Shown here piece by piece: positions 17,622 through 29,326 of a stretch of 32,000 bases of DNA. Position numbers and translations under genes: made by a program. The stretch comes from Pseudomonas aeruginosa (lineage in GTDB: Bacteria; Pseudomonadota; Gammaproteobacteria; Pseudomonadales; Pseudomonadaceae), in the NCBI RefSeq assembly GCF_001457615.1, contig NZ_LN831024.1:5520001-5552000 (forward strand), in the 5' to 3' direction. Within the stretch, counting starts at the first letter, position 1, and the number at the start of each line of letters is the position of its first letter. The notes under the pieces were generated by a model. That model saw only the letters and a list, made by a program, of their open reading frames with translations. It was not told where the DNA came from and ran no database searches.

Positions 17622-20591
17622 ATGCCGGGCGCCAACCCTGCGAGCGAAGAAGTCATGTCCCTACAACGCCCTATCCCCAGCCTGGCGCGCCCCTTGTCGC
17701 GCCTCTCCCCGCTCACCCTTGCCCTGCGCTGGGCCCTGCTCGGCCTGTCGGCGGCCGGCGCCGGCCTGCTCGGCGGCGGCCTGGCCCACGCGCAGAGCGT
17801 CGGCCAGCACAGCGCGGCTACCCGCCTGGACGACGCCACGCCGCGCAGCTACGACATCCCGGCGGGTTCGCTGGGCGCCTCCCTGGGCGCCTTCGCCAGC
17901 CAGTCGGGCCTGCTGCTGTCCTTCGACCCCGAGCTGACCCGCGGCCGCACGGCGCCGGCGCTCAAGGGTCGCTACAGCGTACTGGAAGGCTTGCAGCGAG
18001 TCCTGTCGAACACCGGCCTGCAGGTCGCGGCGGGAACCTCCGGCGCCTACCTGCTGGTCGAGCCGCGCATGTCCGGAGAAGCCCCGGCCGACCTGTCGCC
18101 GGTGGTGGTCTCGGCCGCCGAGCTGGCCGATCCGCAGAAGGAAACCTATACCGCGCCACGCTCGTCGGTGTACCTCTCCAGCGAAGACATCGACCGCTTC
18201 GGCCGGGTTTCCGTGGGTGACCTGCTCCAGGGCATCCCGGGCGTACAGGTCGGCGACAGCCGCAACGGTGGCGCGCTGGACGTCAACATCCGCGGCATCC
18301 AGGGGCAGAGCCGGGTGGCGGTGCGGGTCGACGGCGCGGAGCAGGCGCTGGACGTCTACCGCGGCTACGCCGGCACCCAGCAGCGCAGCTACATCGATCC
18401 CGACCTGGTCAGCAGCGTGACCGTCGACAAGGGTCCCTCGACCCGCTCGGGCGCGATCGGCGGCAGCGTGGAAATGCGCACCATCGGCGTCAAGGACATC
18501 CTGGTCGCCGGCAAGGACCTCGGCGTGCGCTTCACCGGCGACGTCTGGAACAACGGCGTCGCCCCGCAGCACCGCAGCGCCAGTTCGAAGACCGAGAATC
18601 TCAGCAGCGTGCCGCACGATGACCGCGGCAGCCTGTTCGGCTCCCAGGCCAAGTCCGGCAGCGCCGCCTTCGCCTACCGCAACGAGCATCTGGACCTGGT
18701 CGCCGCCTATGCGCAGCGCAACCAGGGCAACTACTTTTCCGGCAAGAAAGGCCAGGACCGCTATCGCGTCTACAACCGCTACGGTCGCGAGGAAAGCAGC
18801 GTAGCCAAGGTCTACAACGCGGGAGAGGAAGTGCTCAACTCGTCGTCGGAGACCGAGTCCTACCTGCTCAAGGCGACCTGGCGCATCGCCGACGAGCACA
18901 CCCTGGACCTCGGCTATCGTCGCTACGACGGGCGCACCGGGGAGATCATGCCGTCGGACATCTTCCGTTTCGGCACCGCCGGCATCTACCAGTACCCATT
19001 GAGCGAAGTGAAGATCGACACCTACACCGCACGCTACCGTTACCTGCCCGAGAACAATCCGCTGGTGGACCTCAGCACCGGACTGTGGATGACCGAGGCG
19101 AAGAGCGACATGCTGACCTCGGTGCTGGCGCCGCGCTCCCAGGCCTATCGCTCCGACCGCAACTGGACGCGCCAGGACAACCGGCGCATCGGCGGCGACC
19201 TGAACAACGTGGCGCGCTTCGAAACCGACTTCGGCGATTTCAAGCTCGACCTCGGCGGCTCGTTCCAGGTCGAAGACATCCAGCCGCAGAAAAGCGTGGT
19301 CACCACCCTCCACGACATCAACGCCAACCGCACCCTGAGGGACGCCACCCGCCAGGAATACGGCCTCAACGGCAAGCTCGAGTTCAAGCCGGTCGAGCGC
19401 CTGACGCTATGGGGCGGCGGCCGCTACAGCCACTTCAACAGCAAGGACAACGGCATCTCCGCCTCGCCGCGGCGCGAGGATCGCGACATGCGCTTCATCA
19501 CGGTGAGCAGGCCCGGCTACTACGGCTCGATGATGTGGTTCCCCGACCAGAACGGCCAGTACACCGACGCCACCGATCCCCGCCTCAACAACGGCATCGT
19601 CACCAACAACACCAACAATCCGTTCGAAGGCATTCCCTTCGACGAGTTCGGCCCGGCCAACGTGACAGTCCATCCCTCGCGGGTCACCAACGTGGTCACC
19701 GGCTACAACTACAGCAAGAAGGGCAGCAGCCGCGGCGGCGGTTTCTCGCCGGCATTCGGGATCAATTTCGAGCTGGCCCCGGATACCTTCGTCTACGCCT
19801 CCTATACCGAAGGCCTGCGTCTGCCGTCGCTGTTCGAGACCAGCCAGGGCACCCTCCAGGTCGAGCCGGGCAAGGACCTCAAGCCCGAGCGTTCGCGCAG
19901 CTGGGAGATCGGTGCCAGCGCGCTGCGCGACAGCCTGTTGGCCGACGGCGACTCGGCGGCGATCAAGCTGGCCTACTTCAACAACACCATCAAGAACTAC
20001 ATCACCCGCTATTACGATCCGGGCCAGATGGGCCTGATGACCTTCAGCAACACCGACAGCTACCGCACCAGCGGTCTCGAACTGCAATCGCACTACGACG
20101 CAGGGCGGGTGTTCGCCGACCTGTCGGCGACCTACTACCTGAAGACCGAGACCTGCGACGCCGCCTTCGCCGCCAGGCTGCGCGCCGGCGCCAACCGCTA
20201 CCAGCGCACCGAGAACACGCCGAACTGCACGCCGGGCAGCTTCATGGGCTCCTATACCAACACGCAGAACCCGCCGCGGCTGGCGACCAACCTGACCGCC
20301 GGCCTGCGCTTCTTCGACCAGGCCCTGACCCTGGGCGGACGCATGACCTATACCTCCGGCCCCACCGCCACGGCGGACAAGCCCTGGCAGGTCGGCGCCA
20401 CCACACCGCAGATCGAGTACCGCTCGGTGCAGCTGTTCGACCTGTTCCTCAAGTACAAGCTGTTCGAGCACACCGAACTGAATGCCTCGCTGCAGAACCT
20501 CACCGACCGCTATTACCTCGACCCGCTGGCACAGAGCTTCATGCCCGCGCCCGGGCGTACCCTGCGGGTGGGGATGCAGGCGAAGTTCTGA
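17622..20591 (+). CDS. optI: TonB-dependent outer-membrane receptor with N-terminal signalling (STN) domain (989 aa; start may be 17655)
   Basis: Signal peptide, then STN-like YDIPAGSLGASLGAFASQSGLLLSFDPELTRGRTAPALKGRYSVLEGLQRVL. Plug domain (GDLLQGIPGVQVGDSRNGGALDVNIRGIQGQSRVAVRVDG) and terminal barrel strand ending in F. The gene symbol is from memory. Confidence 0.88.
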   Translation: MPGANPASEEVMSLQRPIPSLARPLSRLSPLTLALRWALLGLSAAGAGLLGGGLAHAQSVGQHSAATRLDDATPRSYDIPAGSLGASLGAFASQSGLLLSFDPELTRGRTAPALKGRYSVLEGLQRVLSNTGLQVAAGTSGAYLLVEPRMSGEAPADLSPVVVSAAELADPQKETYTAPRSSVYLSSEDIDRFGRVSVGDLLQGIPGVQVGDSRNGGALDVNIRGIQGQSRVAVRVDGAEQALDVYRGYAGTQQRSYIDPDLVSSVTVDKGPSTRSGAIGGSVEMRTIGVKDILVAGKDLGVRFTGDVWNNGVAPQHRSASSKTENLSSVPHDDRGSLFGSQAKSGSAAFAYRNEHLDLVAAYAQRNQGNYFSGKKGQDRYRVYNRYGREESSVAKVYNAGEEVLNSSSETESYLLKATWRIADEHTLDLGYRRYDGRTGEIMPSDIFRFGTAGIYQYPLSEVKIDTYTARYRYLPENNPLVDLSTGLWMTEAKSDMLTSVLAPRSQAYRSDRNWTRQDNRRIGGDLNNVARFETDFGDFKLDLGGSFQVEDIQPQKSVVTTLHDINANRTLRDATRQEYGLNGKLEFKPVERLTLWGGGRYSHFNSKDNGISASPRREDRDMRFITVSRPGYYGSMMWFPDQNGQYTDATDPRLNNGIVTNNTNNPFEGIPFDEFGPANVTVHPSRVTNVVTGYNYSKKGSSRGGGFSPAFGINFELAPDTFVYASYTEGLRLPSLFETSQGTLQVEPGKDLKPERSRSWEIGASALRDSLLADGDSAAIKLAYFNNTIKNYITRYYDPGQMGLMTFSNTDSYRTSGLELQSHYDAGRVFADLSATYYLKTETCDAAFAARLRAGANRYQRTENTPNCTPGSFMGSYTNTQNPPRLATNLTAGLRFFDQALTLGGRMTYTSGPTATADKPWQVGATTPQIEYRSVQLFDLFLKYKLFEHTELNASLQNLTDRYYLDPLAQSFMPAPGRTLRVGMQAKF

Positions 20592-20621
20592 GCCGCCCTC
20601 TCCCCCTCCAGGCGTTGTCGG

Positions 20622-20636
20622 CGGAGCGCCGCTCCG
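20622..20636. repeat. Short hairpin CGGAGC-GCC-GCTCCG after the receptor stop
   Basis: Direct reading; no T-tract, so terminator status uncertain. Confidence 0.4.
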
Positions 20637-20640
20637 GTAG

Positions 20641-20669
20641 GGCGGATAACCGCCCAGCGGCTATCCGCC
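20641..20669. repeat. REP-like imperfect palindrome
   Basis: GGCGGATAACCGC-CCA-GCGGCTATCCGCC: 13-nt arms with one mismatch, containing GGCGGATA/TATCCGCC. Confidence 0.65.
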
Positions 20670-20696
20670 GAAGCACCGGGCCTCCCGCTCCCCGTC

Positions 20697-20716
20697 CCTC
20701 CGGAACTGTCCGGAGG
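20697..20716 (-). terminator. Hairpin downstream of opdK, possible terminator element
   Basis: CCTCCGG-AACTGT-CCGGAGG, perfect 7-bp arms, 20 bp beyond the opdK stop; no T-tract. Confidence 0.4.
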
Positions 20717-20735
20717 AGCGGCGAGACAGCGTCCG

Positions 20736-21989
20736 TCACCACGACAACGGATAACTCACCACCAGCCGCGTCTGGTCGAAGTCGCTGTTGAAGCTGCGTC
20801 GGTTGCTGGCGTGGTTGAGGCGCACGTTGAGCCGCGCCAGCGGACCGCTCTGCACGGTGTAGCCGAGCTCGACATCGCGCTCCCATTCCTTGCCGCCGCT
20901 ACCGGCCTTGGTGGTGGCGTTCGAGCCATGGCCGTAGCGGACCATGCCGATCAGGCCGGGCCAGCCGAGGCCGACGAAATCGTAGTCGTAGCGCACCTGC
21001 CAGGAGCGTTCGTCGGCGTTGGTGAAGTTGCCGTTGAACATGTCGTTGCCCATGCTCCGCCCACTGCTGCCGTAGACCGATTGCCAGCCGCTGTCGCCGC
21101 CGACCTTCTGCAGGCCAAGGTAGAAGGTATGCAGGCCGATGCCGGCGGAAAACAGGCCGTAGAGGGTATGGCTGTCGATCTCTCCGGCGCGCGCGGCGCC
21201 GTCGTCGCGGTCGACGAACAGGCCGAGGTTGGCGCCCAGGGTCCAGTCGCCGACACGCTGCTTGTGCAGCAGGTTGGCGTAGCTCTGCCGGTAGACGTCC
21301 TCCAGTTGCCCGTGCCACAGGCCCAGTTGGGTGCGCTCGCGGTTGAAGCGGTACTCGGCGCCGGCATAGTTGAAACCGTCCGATTTCTGCGTCGGCGCGC
21401 TCCAGGCCGATAGGTCCTGCATGTCCGCCGAATTGCGCAGGCTCACCGCGTCGAAGCGTCCGGCCTGCAGAGCCAGGCCCGGCAGCTCGCGGGAAACCAC
21501 GGCGAAACCGCGGAACGTCTGCGGCAGCAGGCGTCCGTCGTCGTAGCGCAACAGCGGAATGTCCGGGAGCATCTCGCCGATCTTCAGTTCGCTGGCCGAA
21601 ACGCGCAGCTTGGCGGCCACGCCGACGCGCCCATAGTTGTCCGCCGCGCGACCGTCATCGTGCAACGGAAGAAGCTCGGAATTGCTGGTGCCACGTCCGC
21701 TGTTCAGCTTCACGCCGAACAGGCCGATGGCGTCGAGGCCGACGCCGACCGTGCCCGGGGTATAGCCGGAACTGAACTTGAGGATGAAGCCCTGCGCCCA
21801 CTCGTCCACCAGGCTCTTGCCGGCATCGTGGTCGCGGAAATCGCGGTTGAAGTAATAGTTGCGCAGGACCAGGTCGGTCTTCGCATCCTCCAGGAAGCCG
21901 CCCTCGGCAGCTTGCGCGGCAAGACAGGCGAGCATCGGCAGGACCGCCCCTGCATTGCGCGGGACTGCGGTTTTACGACGGATTTTCAT
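20736..21989 (-). CDS. opdK: OprD-family substrate-specific porin OpdK (417 aa)
   Basis: GGFLEDAKTDLVLRNYYFNRDFRD...EWAQGFILKFSSGYTPGTVGVGLDAIGLFGVKLNSGRG is typical OprD family. Adjacent to aromatic catabolic genes. Start ATG at 21989. Confidence 0.88.
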   Translation of the reverse strand: MKIRRKTAVPRNAGAVLPMLACLAAQAAEGGFLEDAKTDLVLRNYYFNRDFRDHDAGKSLVDEWAQGFILKFSSGYTPGTVGVGLDAIGLFGVKLNSGRGTSNSELLPLHDDGRAADNYGRVGVAAKLRVSASELKIGEMLPDIPLLRYDDGRLLPQTFRGFAVVSRELPGLALQAGRFDAVSLRNSADMQDLSAWSAPTQKSDGFNYAGAEYRFNRERTQLGLWHGQLEDVYRQSYANLLHKQRVGDWTLGANLGLFVDRDDGAARAGEIDSHTLYGLFSAGIGLHTFYLGLQKVGGDSGWQSVYGSSGRSMGNDMFNGNFTNADERSWQVRYDYDFVGLGWPGLIGMVRYGHGSNATTKAGSGGKEWERDVELGYTVQSGPLARLNVRLNHASNRRSFNSDFDQTRLVVSYPLSW

Positions 21990-22096
21990 TGTTATTGTGC
22001 TCCGTTTTTCAGGGACGACCGAGCCCCGGCAGCCTCTGCGGGCCACCTGGCGACGACGGTCGGGTCAGCAGCGGGGCGCGGGCCCCGCCGCCAGGG

Positions 22097-23566
22097 TCAG
22101 AACGGGTACTGGCGCGGCGCGTGCTGCACGCTGATCCAGTGGTCGGTGGTGAATTCCTCGATGGCCCAGTCGCCGTTGAAGCGGCCAAGTCCGGAGTTCT
22201 TCTCGCCGCCGAAGGGCGCGTTGGCCTCGTCGTTCACCGGAATGTCGTTGACGTGGGTCATCCCCGCGCGAAGCTGGCGGGCAAAGCACACCGCGCGTTC
22301 CAGGTCGCGGCTGAACACCGCGCTGGACAGCCCGTATTCGCTGGCGTTGGCCAACTCCAGCGCATGCGCCTCGTCGCGCGCGCGGAGCAGGCCGACCAGC
22401 GGGCCGAAGATTTCATCGCGGGCGATCTCCATCGTCGCGGTGACCTCGCCGAATACGTGCGGAGCCAGCAACTGCCCATCGACGCCGCCCTCGTACAGCG
22501 GCTTGGCGCCTTCCTGGCGGGCCAGGCGGATCTTTTCCAGCAGGCCTTCGAGCTGGCGCGCGTTGACGATCGGCCCGACCGCGGTATCGGCGCGCTGCGG
22601 ATCGCCGACCCGGAGACCCTTGACCCGCTCGACGAAGCGCGCGGCGAAAGCGTCGTAGAGGCTGTCCTCGACGATGATGCGGTTGATCGCCATGCAGATC
22701 TGCCCCTGGTGGAGGAACTTGCCGAACACCGCGGCATTCACCGCCTGCTCCAGATCGGCGTCGCCGAGCACCACGAACGGACTGTTGCCGCCCAGCTCCA
22801 GCGCCACGTGCTTGAGGTGCGCGCCGCCGCTGGCGATGCGGCCGATGTTACGGCCCACCGGGGTCGATCCGGTGAAGGTCACCAGGCCCGGCACCGGGTG
22901 CTCGACGAAGGCGTCGCCGATCTCGCTGCCGGGGCCGACCACCACGCTGAACAGCCCGGCCGGCAGCCCGGCCTCTTCGAAGATCCGCGCCAGCAGCAGT
23001 CCGCCGCAGACCGGCGTGTCGCTGGCCGGCTTGACCACCACCGCGTTGCCCAGCGCCAGGGCCGGGGCGATGGAACGCTGGGTCAGGTGCAGCGGGAAGT
23101 TCCACGGGCTGATCACCCCGACCACGCCGATGGCGCTGCGGTAGACCCGGCTTTCCTTGCCCGGCACGTCGGACTCGACGATGCGCCCGTGCACCCGTGC
23201 CGGGAACGACGCCGACTCCAGGGTGATCGCGCGCGCCGCGCCCCATTCGATCTCGGCCTTCAGGCGGGTGCTGCCGGACTCGCGGATGATCCAGTCGACG
23301 ATCTCCTCGTGGCGGCGGTCGAACACCTCCACCGCCTTGTACAGTACCGCCGCGCGTGCCGAGGGCCCGAGCGCGGCCCATGCCGGCTGGACCTCGGCGG
23401 CCTTGGCGTAGGCGGCATCGAGGTCGTCGCGGTCGGCCTGCTCGATCTCCAGCAGCAGGCTGCCGTCGAACGGGTTGCTCACCTTCAGCCGGCGGCCGGC
23501 CCGGCCGTGGCGCCACTCGCCGGCCAGGGGCTGGAGACCGAGGTCGGTATAACGGGAATCGCTCAT
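22097..23566 (-). CDS. vdh: NAD(P)-dependent aromatic aldehyde dehydrogenase, vanillin/benzaldehyde dehydrogenase-like (489 aa)
   Basis: [80 protein letters not shown] and the C-terminal ALDH signature. Confidence 0.85.
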   Translation of the reverse strand: MSDSRYTDLGLQPLAGEWRHGRAGRRLKVSNPFDGSLLLEIEQADRDDLDAAYAKAAEVQPAWAALGPSARAAVLYKAVEVFDRRHEEIVDWIIRESGSTRLKAEIEWGAARAITLESASFPARVHGRIVESDVPGKESRVYRSAIGVVGVISPWNFPLHLTQRSIAPALALGNAVVVKPASDTPVCGGLLLARIFEEAGLPAGLFSVVVGPGSEIGDAFVEHPVPGLVTFTGSTPVGRNIGRIASGGAHLKHVALELGGNSPFVVLGDADLEQAVNAAVFGKFLHQGQICMAINRIIVEDSLYDAFAARFVERVKGLRVGDPQRADTAVGPIVNARQLEGLLEKIRLARQEGAKPLYEGGVDGQLLAPHVFGEVTATMEIARDEIFGPLVGLLRARDEAHALELANASEYGLSSAVFSRDLERAVCFARQLRAGMTHVNDIPVNDEANAPFGGEKNSGLGRFNGDWAIEEFTTDHWISVQHAPRQYPF

Positions 23567-23588
23567 CGCTCTTCTCCTCTTTCGAAAA

Positions 23589-24929
23589 TCACAGGGGTTT
23601 CTTCGCCGTCGCGTCGACGGACGCTTCCGCCGGCACGCGCGGCCGCAGGTGGATGCAGGCGATCGCCAGCGCGCCGATCACGCCGGGCGCGGCGAAGGCC
23701 AGGAAGTTCTGCTGGAACGGCAGCTCCAGGGCCAGCAGGCTGCCGCCGAGCATCGGCCCGGCGATGGCGCCGAGGCGGCCGACGCCGGCGGCCCAGCCGA
23801 CCCCGGTGGAGCGCACCCAGGCCGGATAGAACTGCGCGGCGTAGGCATGGATCACCGCCAGGGTGCCGATGGTGGTGGCGCCGGCCACCACCAGCAGGCC
23901 GTTGAGCAGCCAGGGGCCTGGCCCCTGGCCGAGGGCCGCCAGGGAGGCCGCGGCCAGGGCGAAGAACAGCACCAGGGTGCGGCCGGCGCCGAGGCGGTCG
24001 GCCAGCCAGCCGCCGAACAACGCACCGAGGGTCGCCCCGACATTCAGGGTGACGAGGAACGCCAGGCTCGAACCGAGGGCGTAGCCGCCGCCGGCCATCA
24101 GTTTCGGCAACCAGGTGTTGAGCCCGTAGCTCATCAGCATGCACATGGCGAAGGCCACCCACAGCAGCAGGGTGCCCACTGCCTGGCGCCCCTCGAACAA
24201 CTGGGCGACCCGTCCGCTCGGCGCTTCGGCCGCGACAGCGTTCGCCCGCTCGGCGCCGGGCCGGTAGTCGGGATCGACCTTGCGCAGCAGCGCGTCCAGT
24301 TCGGCGCGGCGGCCCTTGAGTTCGAGGAACGCCGCCGACTCCGGCAACCAGCGCAACATCAGCGGCACCGCCAGCACCGGCAGCACCGCCACGTAGAACA
24401 CCGATTGCCAGCCCCAGGCGGGGATCATGGCGATCGCCAGTAGCGCCGAGAGCACCGCGCCCACCGAGTAGAAGGCCGACATCACCGTGACCAGGGTGCT
24501 GCGCCGCCCGGCCGGGGCGAATTCGCTGATCAGGTTGATCGCGCTGGGCACCAGCGCGCCCAGTGCCAGGCCGGTGAAGAAGCGTCCGGCGCCCAGTTCC
24601 AGCGGGTCGCGGGCGTGCCCGGTGAGGAAGGCGGCGAGGCTCGCCAGCAGGGTGGTGGCGATCACCAGGCGGCGCCGGCCGAAACGGTCCGCCAGCGGCG
24701 CCAGCAGGGTGCCGCCGAAGAGCATGCCGAACAGCGCGCAACTGCCGAGGGTGCCGGCCTGCACCGGGCTCAGCTGCCACTCCTGCATCAGGCGTGGCAC
24801 CACCGAGCCGTAGATGACCATGTCGTAGCCGTCGAACAGCATGATGAAACACCCCCAGCCGAGGATCAGCCAGTGAGTACGGTTAAAGCGGGCAGCGTCG
24901 ATCACCGCCGCAGCGGATTGCCTGTTCAT
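23589..24929 (-). CDS. MFS transporter, aromatic acid:H+ symporter (AAHS) type (446 aa)
   Basis: [42 protein letters not shown] and [22 protein letters not shown]-family signatures. Confidence 0.88.
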   Translation of the reverse strand: MNRQSAAAVIDAARFNRTHWLILGWGCFIMLFDGYDMVIYGSVVPRLMQEWQLSPVQAGTLGSCALFGMLFGGTLLAPLADRFGRRRLVIATTLLASLAAFLTGHARDPLELGAGRFFTGLALGALVPSAINLISEFAPAGRRSTLVTVMSAFYSVGAVLSALLAIAMIPAWGWQSVFYVAVLPVLAVPLMLRWLPESAAFLELKGRRAELDALLRKVDPDYRPGAERANAVAAEAPSGRVAQLFEGRQAVGTLLLWVAFAMCMLMSYGLNTWLPKLMAGGGYALGSSLAFLVTLNVGATLGALFGGWLADRLGAGRTLVLFFALAAASLAALGQGPGPWLLNGLLVVAGATTIGTLAVIHAYAAQFYPAWVRSTGVGWAAGVGRLGAIAGPMLGGSLLALELPFQQNFLAFAAPGVIGALAIACIHLRPRVPAEASVDATAKKPL

Positions 24930-25015
24930 ACCAACCTCTCTCTTGTTCTTGTTATGGGCGCACGCGGGCGTCGGTCGGCACCGCCCACTCTGGCATGGGG
25001 CGGCGCCGTGGAACA

Positions 25016-26698
<1,683 letters not shown>

Positions 26699-26702
26699 CT
26701 AT

Positions 26703-27599
26703 ATGAGTCCGATCGATCTCAACCTGATCCGCACCTTCGTCACCCTCTACGAAGCCGGCAGCGTGACCCTCGCCGCGGAGCGCCTGTTCGTCACCCAGCC
26801 ATCGGTGAGCTACGCCCTGGCGCGCCTGCGCGAACTGTTCGACGACGCGTTGTTCACCCGCACCCGCGACGGCATCCAGCCGACCTTCGTCGCCGAGCAG
26901 CTCTACGGCACCTTCCGCGAGTCGCTGACGCGCATCGAGGGCGCGGTACAGAGCGTTCGCCACTTCGATCCGGCGACCACCGAGCGACGTTTCCGCATCG
27001 CCCTCACCGATCTCGGCGAAGTGGGTTTCCTCTCGCTGATCCTCGAACGCCTGACCCGCGACGCGCCGTTCGCCGAAGTGGAAGTGCTGCCGCTGCAGGT
27101 GGACGAGGTCGGCGCCTGGCTGAGCAGCGCCAAGGTCGATGCGGCGATCTGCCGCCAGCCGGTGCCCGGCGCGCGCAGCCAGCGGGTCCTGCACGAGCGC
27201 TACGTGTGCCTGCTCAGCGACCGCCACCCGCGGATCGGCGACAGCCTGAGCCTGGAGCAGTACCTGGCCGAGCGGCACATCGTGGTGACCCGTACCTCCG
27301 GCCACGGCATCGCCGAGGACGTGCTCGAGGCCATGCAGGTGCAGCGCCGCATCAGCCTGCGGGTGCCGCACTTCTCGGTGCTGCCGAAGATCATTCCCGG
27401 TACCGAGCTGCTGACCATCCTGCCGGCGCAGATCGCCTATCGCTTCGTCGCCGAAGGCGGCATGCGCATGCTCGAACTGCCCTTCACCCTGCCGCCGTTC
27501 GACGTCTCCCTGCACTGGCACGAGAGCAGCGAACGCTCGGCGGCGCTGAACTGGTTCCGCACCACCATCGCCGAGGCGATCATCGCCGCCCAACGCTGA
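26703..27599 (+). CDS. LysR-family transcriptional regulator (298 aa)
   Basis: MSPIDLNLIRTFVTLYEAGSVTLAAERLFVTQPSVSYALARLRELFDDALFTRTRDGIQPT, LysR HTH. Divergent from mdlC. Confidence 0.92.
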   Translation: MSPIDLNLIRTFVTLYEAGSVTLAAERLFVTQPSVSYALARLRELFDDALFTRTRDGIQPTFVAEQLYGTFRESLTRIEGAVQSVRHFDPATTERRFRIALTDLGEVGFLSLILERLTRDAPFAEVEVLPLQVDEVGAWLSSAKVDAAICRQPVPGARSQRVLHERYVCLLSDRHPRIGDSLSLEQYLAERHIVVTRTSGHGIAEDVLEAMQVQRRISLRVPHFSVLPKIIPGTELLTILPAQIAYRFVAEGGMRMLELPFTLPPFDVSLHWHESSERSAALNWFRTTIAEAIIAAQR

Positions 27600-27613
27600 A
27601 ACGCCGGCGGCCC

Positions 27614-28948
27614 TCACGCAGCGTCTCCCAGCGTCGGCGAGCGCTCGCGACGCCGCGCACCGAGCAGCGGCAACACGGCGGCCGCGACGACGAACACCGC
27701 CGCGAACGCCCCATAGAGGGACAGCGGCTGCCAGCCGTCGTCGAGCAGGAGCCCGGCCACCAGCGGCGAGAGGATCGCCCCGCCGCGACCGACGCCGATC
27801 CCCCAGCCGACCCCGGTGGCGCGCACCGAAGCGTCGTAGAGGCTCGGCGCCAGGGCATACAGGCCGGCCACGCAGGCGTTGGCGCAAAGCCCGATCAGCA
27901 GTCCCAGCGGCAAGGCCGCGCCGGGCAGCCCGGCACTCAGCGAGAACAGCGCGAGCAGAGCGGCGGTAAGCAGCATGAACAGCGCCAGCACCCGTTCCAG
28001 GCGAAAGCGCGCGGCAAGCCCGCCGAGCAAGGCGGCACCGAAGATCCCGCCGATGCTCAGCAGGGTGCCGCCGGTGATGCCCTGGGCGGTGGACAGGCCG
28101 GCGGCGACCAGCAGCTTCGGCGTCCAGCTCATGATGAAGTAGAAGCCGAACATCACCAGGAAAAACAGCGCCCAGAGCAGCAGCGTGGTACGTCGCTGGG
28201 CAACGCAAAGCAACCGGGCGAGGCGGCTACCGTGCTCCGCTCCGCCACCGGGCGGGCTCGGCAGTTCCGCGAGCGCCGCGCGGCCCAGGCGCCGGGCCAG
28301 CGCGTTGACCCGTTGCAACGCCCGCGGCGGCCGGCGCGCCAGGAGGAAGTCCAGCGACTCCGGCAGGCACAGGCAGACCAGCGGGATCACCGCCAGGGTC
28401 AGGCCAGCGCCGAAGACGAACACCGAGCGCCAGCCCCAGGCGCCGATCAGCCATACCGCGAGCAGTCCGCCAAGGGTCGCGCCGAGCGCGTAGCCGGTGG
28501 ACTGCAGGCTTACCGCCAGGCCGCGCCAGCGGCGCGAGGCGTACTCGCTGGCGATCACGTTGCTGCTGGCGAGGATGCCGCCGATACCCAGTCCGGTCAG
28601 CCCGCGCAGCAACGCCAGTTGCCAGGCCGCCTGGCTCAGCGCCGAGGCGAGCATGCCCAGGCCCGACAGCGCCAGGCAGGCGAGGATCAGCGGGCGGCGC
28701 CCCCAGCGGTCGGCCCAGGGCGCGATGAACAGCGAGCCGGCGGCCATGCCAAAGAGGCCGGCGCTGAGCAGCAGGCCGATCTCGGCGCCGCCAAGGTTCC
28801 ATTCGGCGGCCACCGAGGATGCGGTGAAGGCCATCACCAGCACGTCGAAGCCATCGATCAGGTTGAGCACGATACACACAGCCACCGCCAGCCACTGGAA
28901 CGGACGCATCGGTTCGTCGTCGAGAGCGCGGCGCAAGTCCCGGTTCAT
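27614..28948 (-). CDS. vanK: MFS aromatic acid:H+ symporter, VanK-like (444 aa)
   Basis: MNRDLRRALDDEPMRPFQWLAVAVCIVLNLIDGFDVLVMAFTASSVAAEWNL, AAHS family. Divergent from vanAB. The ORF track over-extends the N-terminus. Confidence 0.85.
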   Translation of the reverse strand: MNRDLRRALDDEPMRPFQWLAVAVCIVLNLIDGFDVLVMAFTASSVAAEWNLGGAEIGLLLSAGLFGMAAGSLFIAPWADRWGRRPLILACLALSGLGMLASALSQAAWQLALLRGLTGLGIGGILASSNVIASEYASRRWRGLAVSLQSTGYALGATLGGLLAVWLIGAWGWRSVFVFGAGLTLAVIPLVCLCLPESLDFLLARRPPRALQRVNALARRLGRAALAELPSPPGGGAEHGSRLARLLCVAQRRTTLLLWALFFLVMFGFYFIMSWTPKLLVAAGLSTAQGITGGTLLSIGGIFGAALLGGLAARFRLERVLALFMLLTAALLALFSLSAGLPGAALPLGLLIGLCANACVAGLYALAPSLYDASVRATGVGWGIGVGRGGAILSPLVAGLLLDDGWQPLSLYGAFAAVFVVAAAVLPLLGARRRERSPTLGDAA

Positions 28949-29104
28949 GGGCGGCCCTCCCCGAGCGGACAGGAAAGAAGCGACGGCAGGCGGGAGCGAG
29001 GCGCGGGAATGCAGGAATCCATCATTGGGAAGACCCTTTTTCTTGTTGTTGTAGGCACGGCAAGCGCAGGCACCCTGGCACCGTTGCGTCGATGCCGCAA
29101 TCCT

Positions 29105-29116
29105 ATTGGATCCATT
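29105..29116. promoter_or_regulatory. VanR-type operator, vanK side (one mismatch)
   Basis: ATTGGATCCATT against the VanR operator ATTGGATCCAAT. Confidence 0.65.
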
Positions 29117-29260
29117 TTGACGACAAGAAAACGGATGGCCAGTGGATATCCCACTGTCAGCGAAATCCGAGAAAGGCTCTGGAACGAGATAATTTGGCAA
29201 TTTATTCCTGAAGTTTTTTATGTGCGACTATCGAACAGATTATTTTTTGTACAGAAGCGG

Positions 29261-29266
29261 TTGACT
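29261..29266 (+). promoter_or_regulatory. Candidate sigma70 -35 element of the vanAB promoter
   Basis: TTGACT in an AT-rich stretch, with the downstream -10 region overlapped by the VanR-type operator. Confidence 0.4.
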
Positions 29267-29288
29267 TGGAAAAGTTGCCTCGCGAATC

Positions 29289-29300
29289 ATTGGATCCAAT
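29289..29300. promoter_or_regulatory. VanR-type operator, vanA side (perfect palindrome)
   Basis: ATTGGATCCAAT, 26 bp upstream of the vanA ATG. Confidence 0.8.
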
Positions 29301-29326
29301 TACAAAAACAACGAGAGGATCCGACG

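Noticed and set aside
19085-20791. 568-aa plus-strand ORF inside the TonB receptor gene
   Set aside because: Out-of-frame translation of the receptor, rich in Arg/Gln/His, with no start context or homology signal.
21989-23905. 638-aa plus-strand ORF opposite the aldehyde dehydrogenase gene
   Set aside because: Antisense shadow of a clear ALDH gene; no recognisable domain and alanine/arginine-rich composition.
29140-29326. Possible small ORF or gene remnant upstream of vanA (..TVSEIRERLWNEIIWQFIPEVFYVRLSNRLFFVQKR..)
   Set aside because: AT-rich leader DNA in the vanA frame without a good start or ribosome-binding site, and it overlaps the probable promoter and operator. Most likely untranslated.
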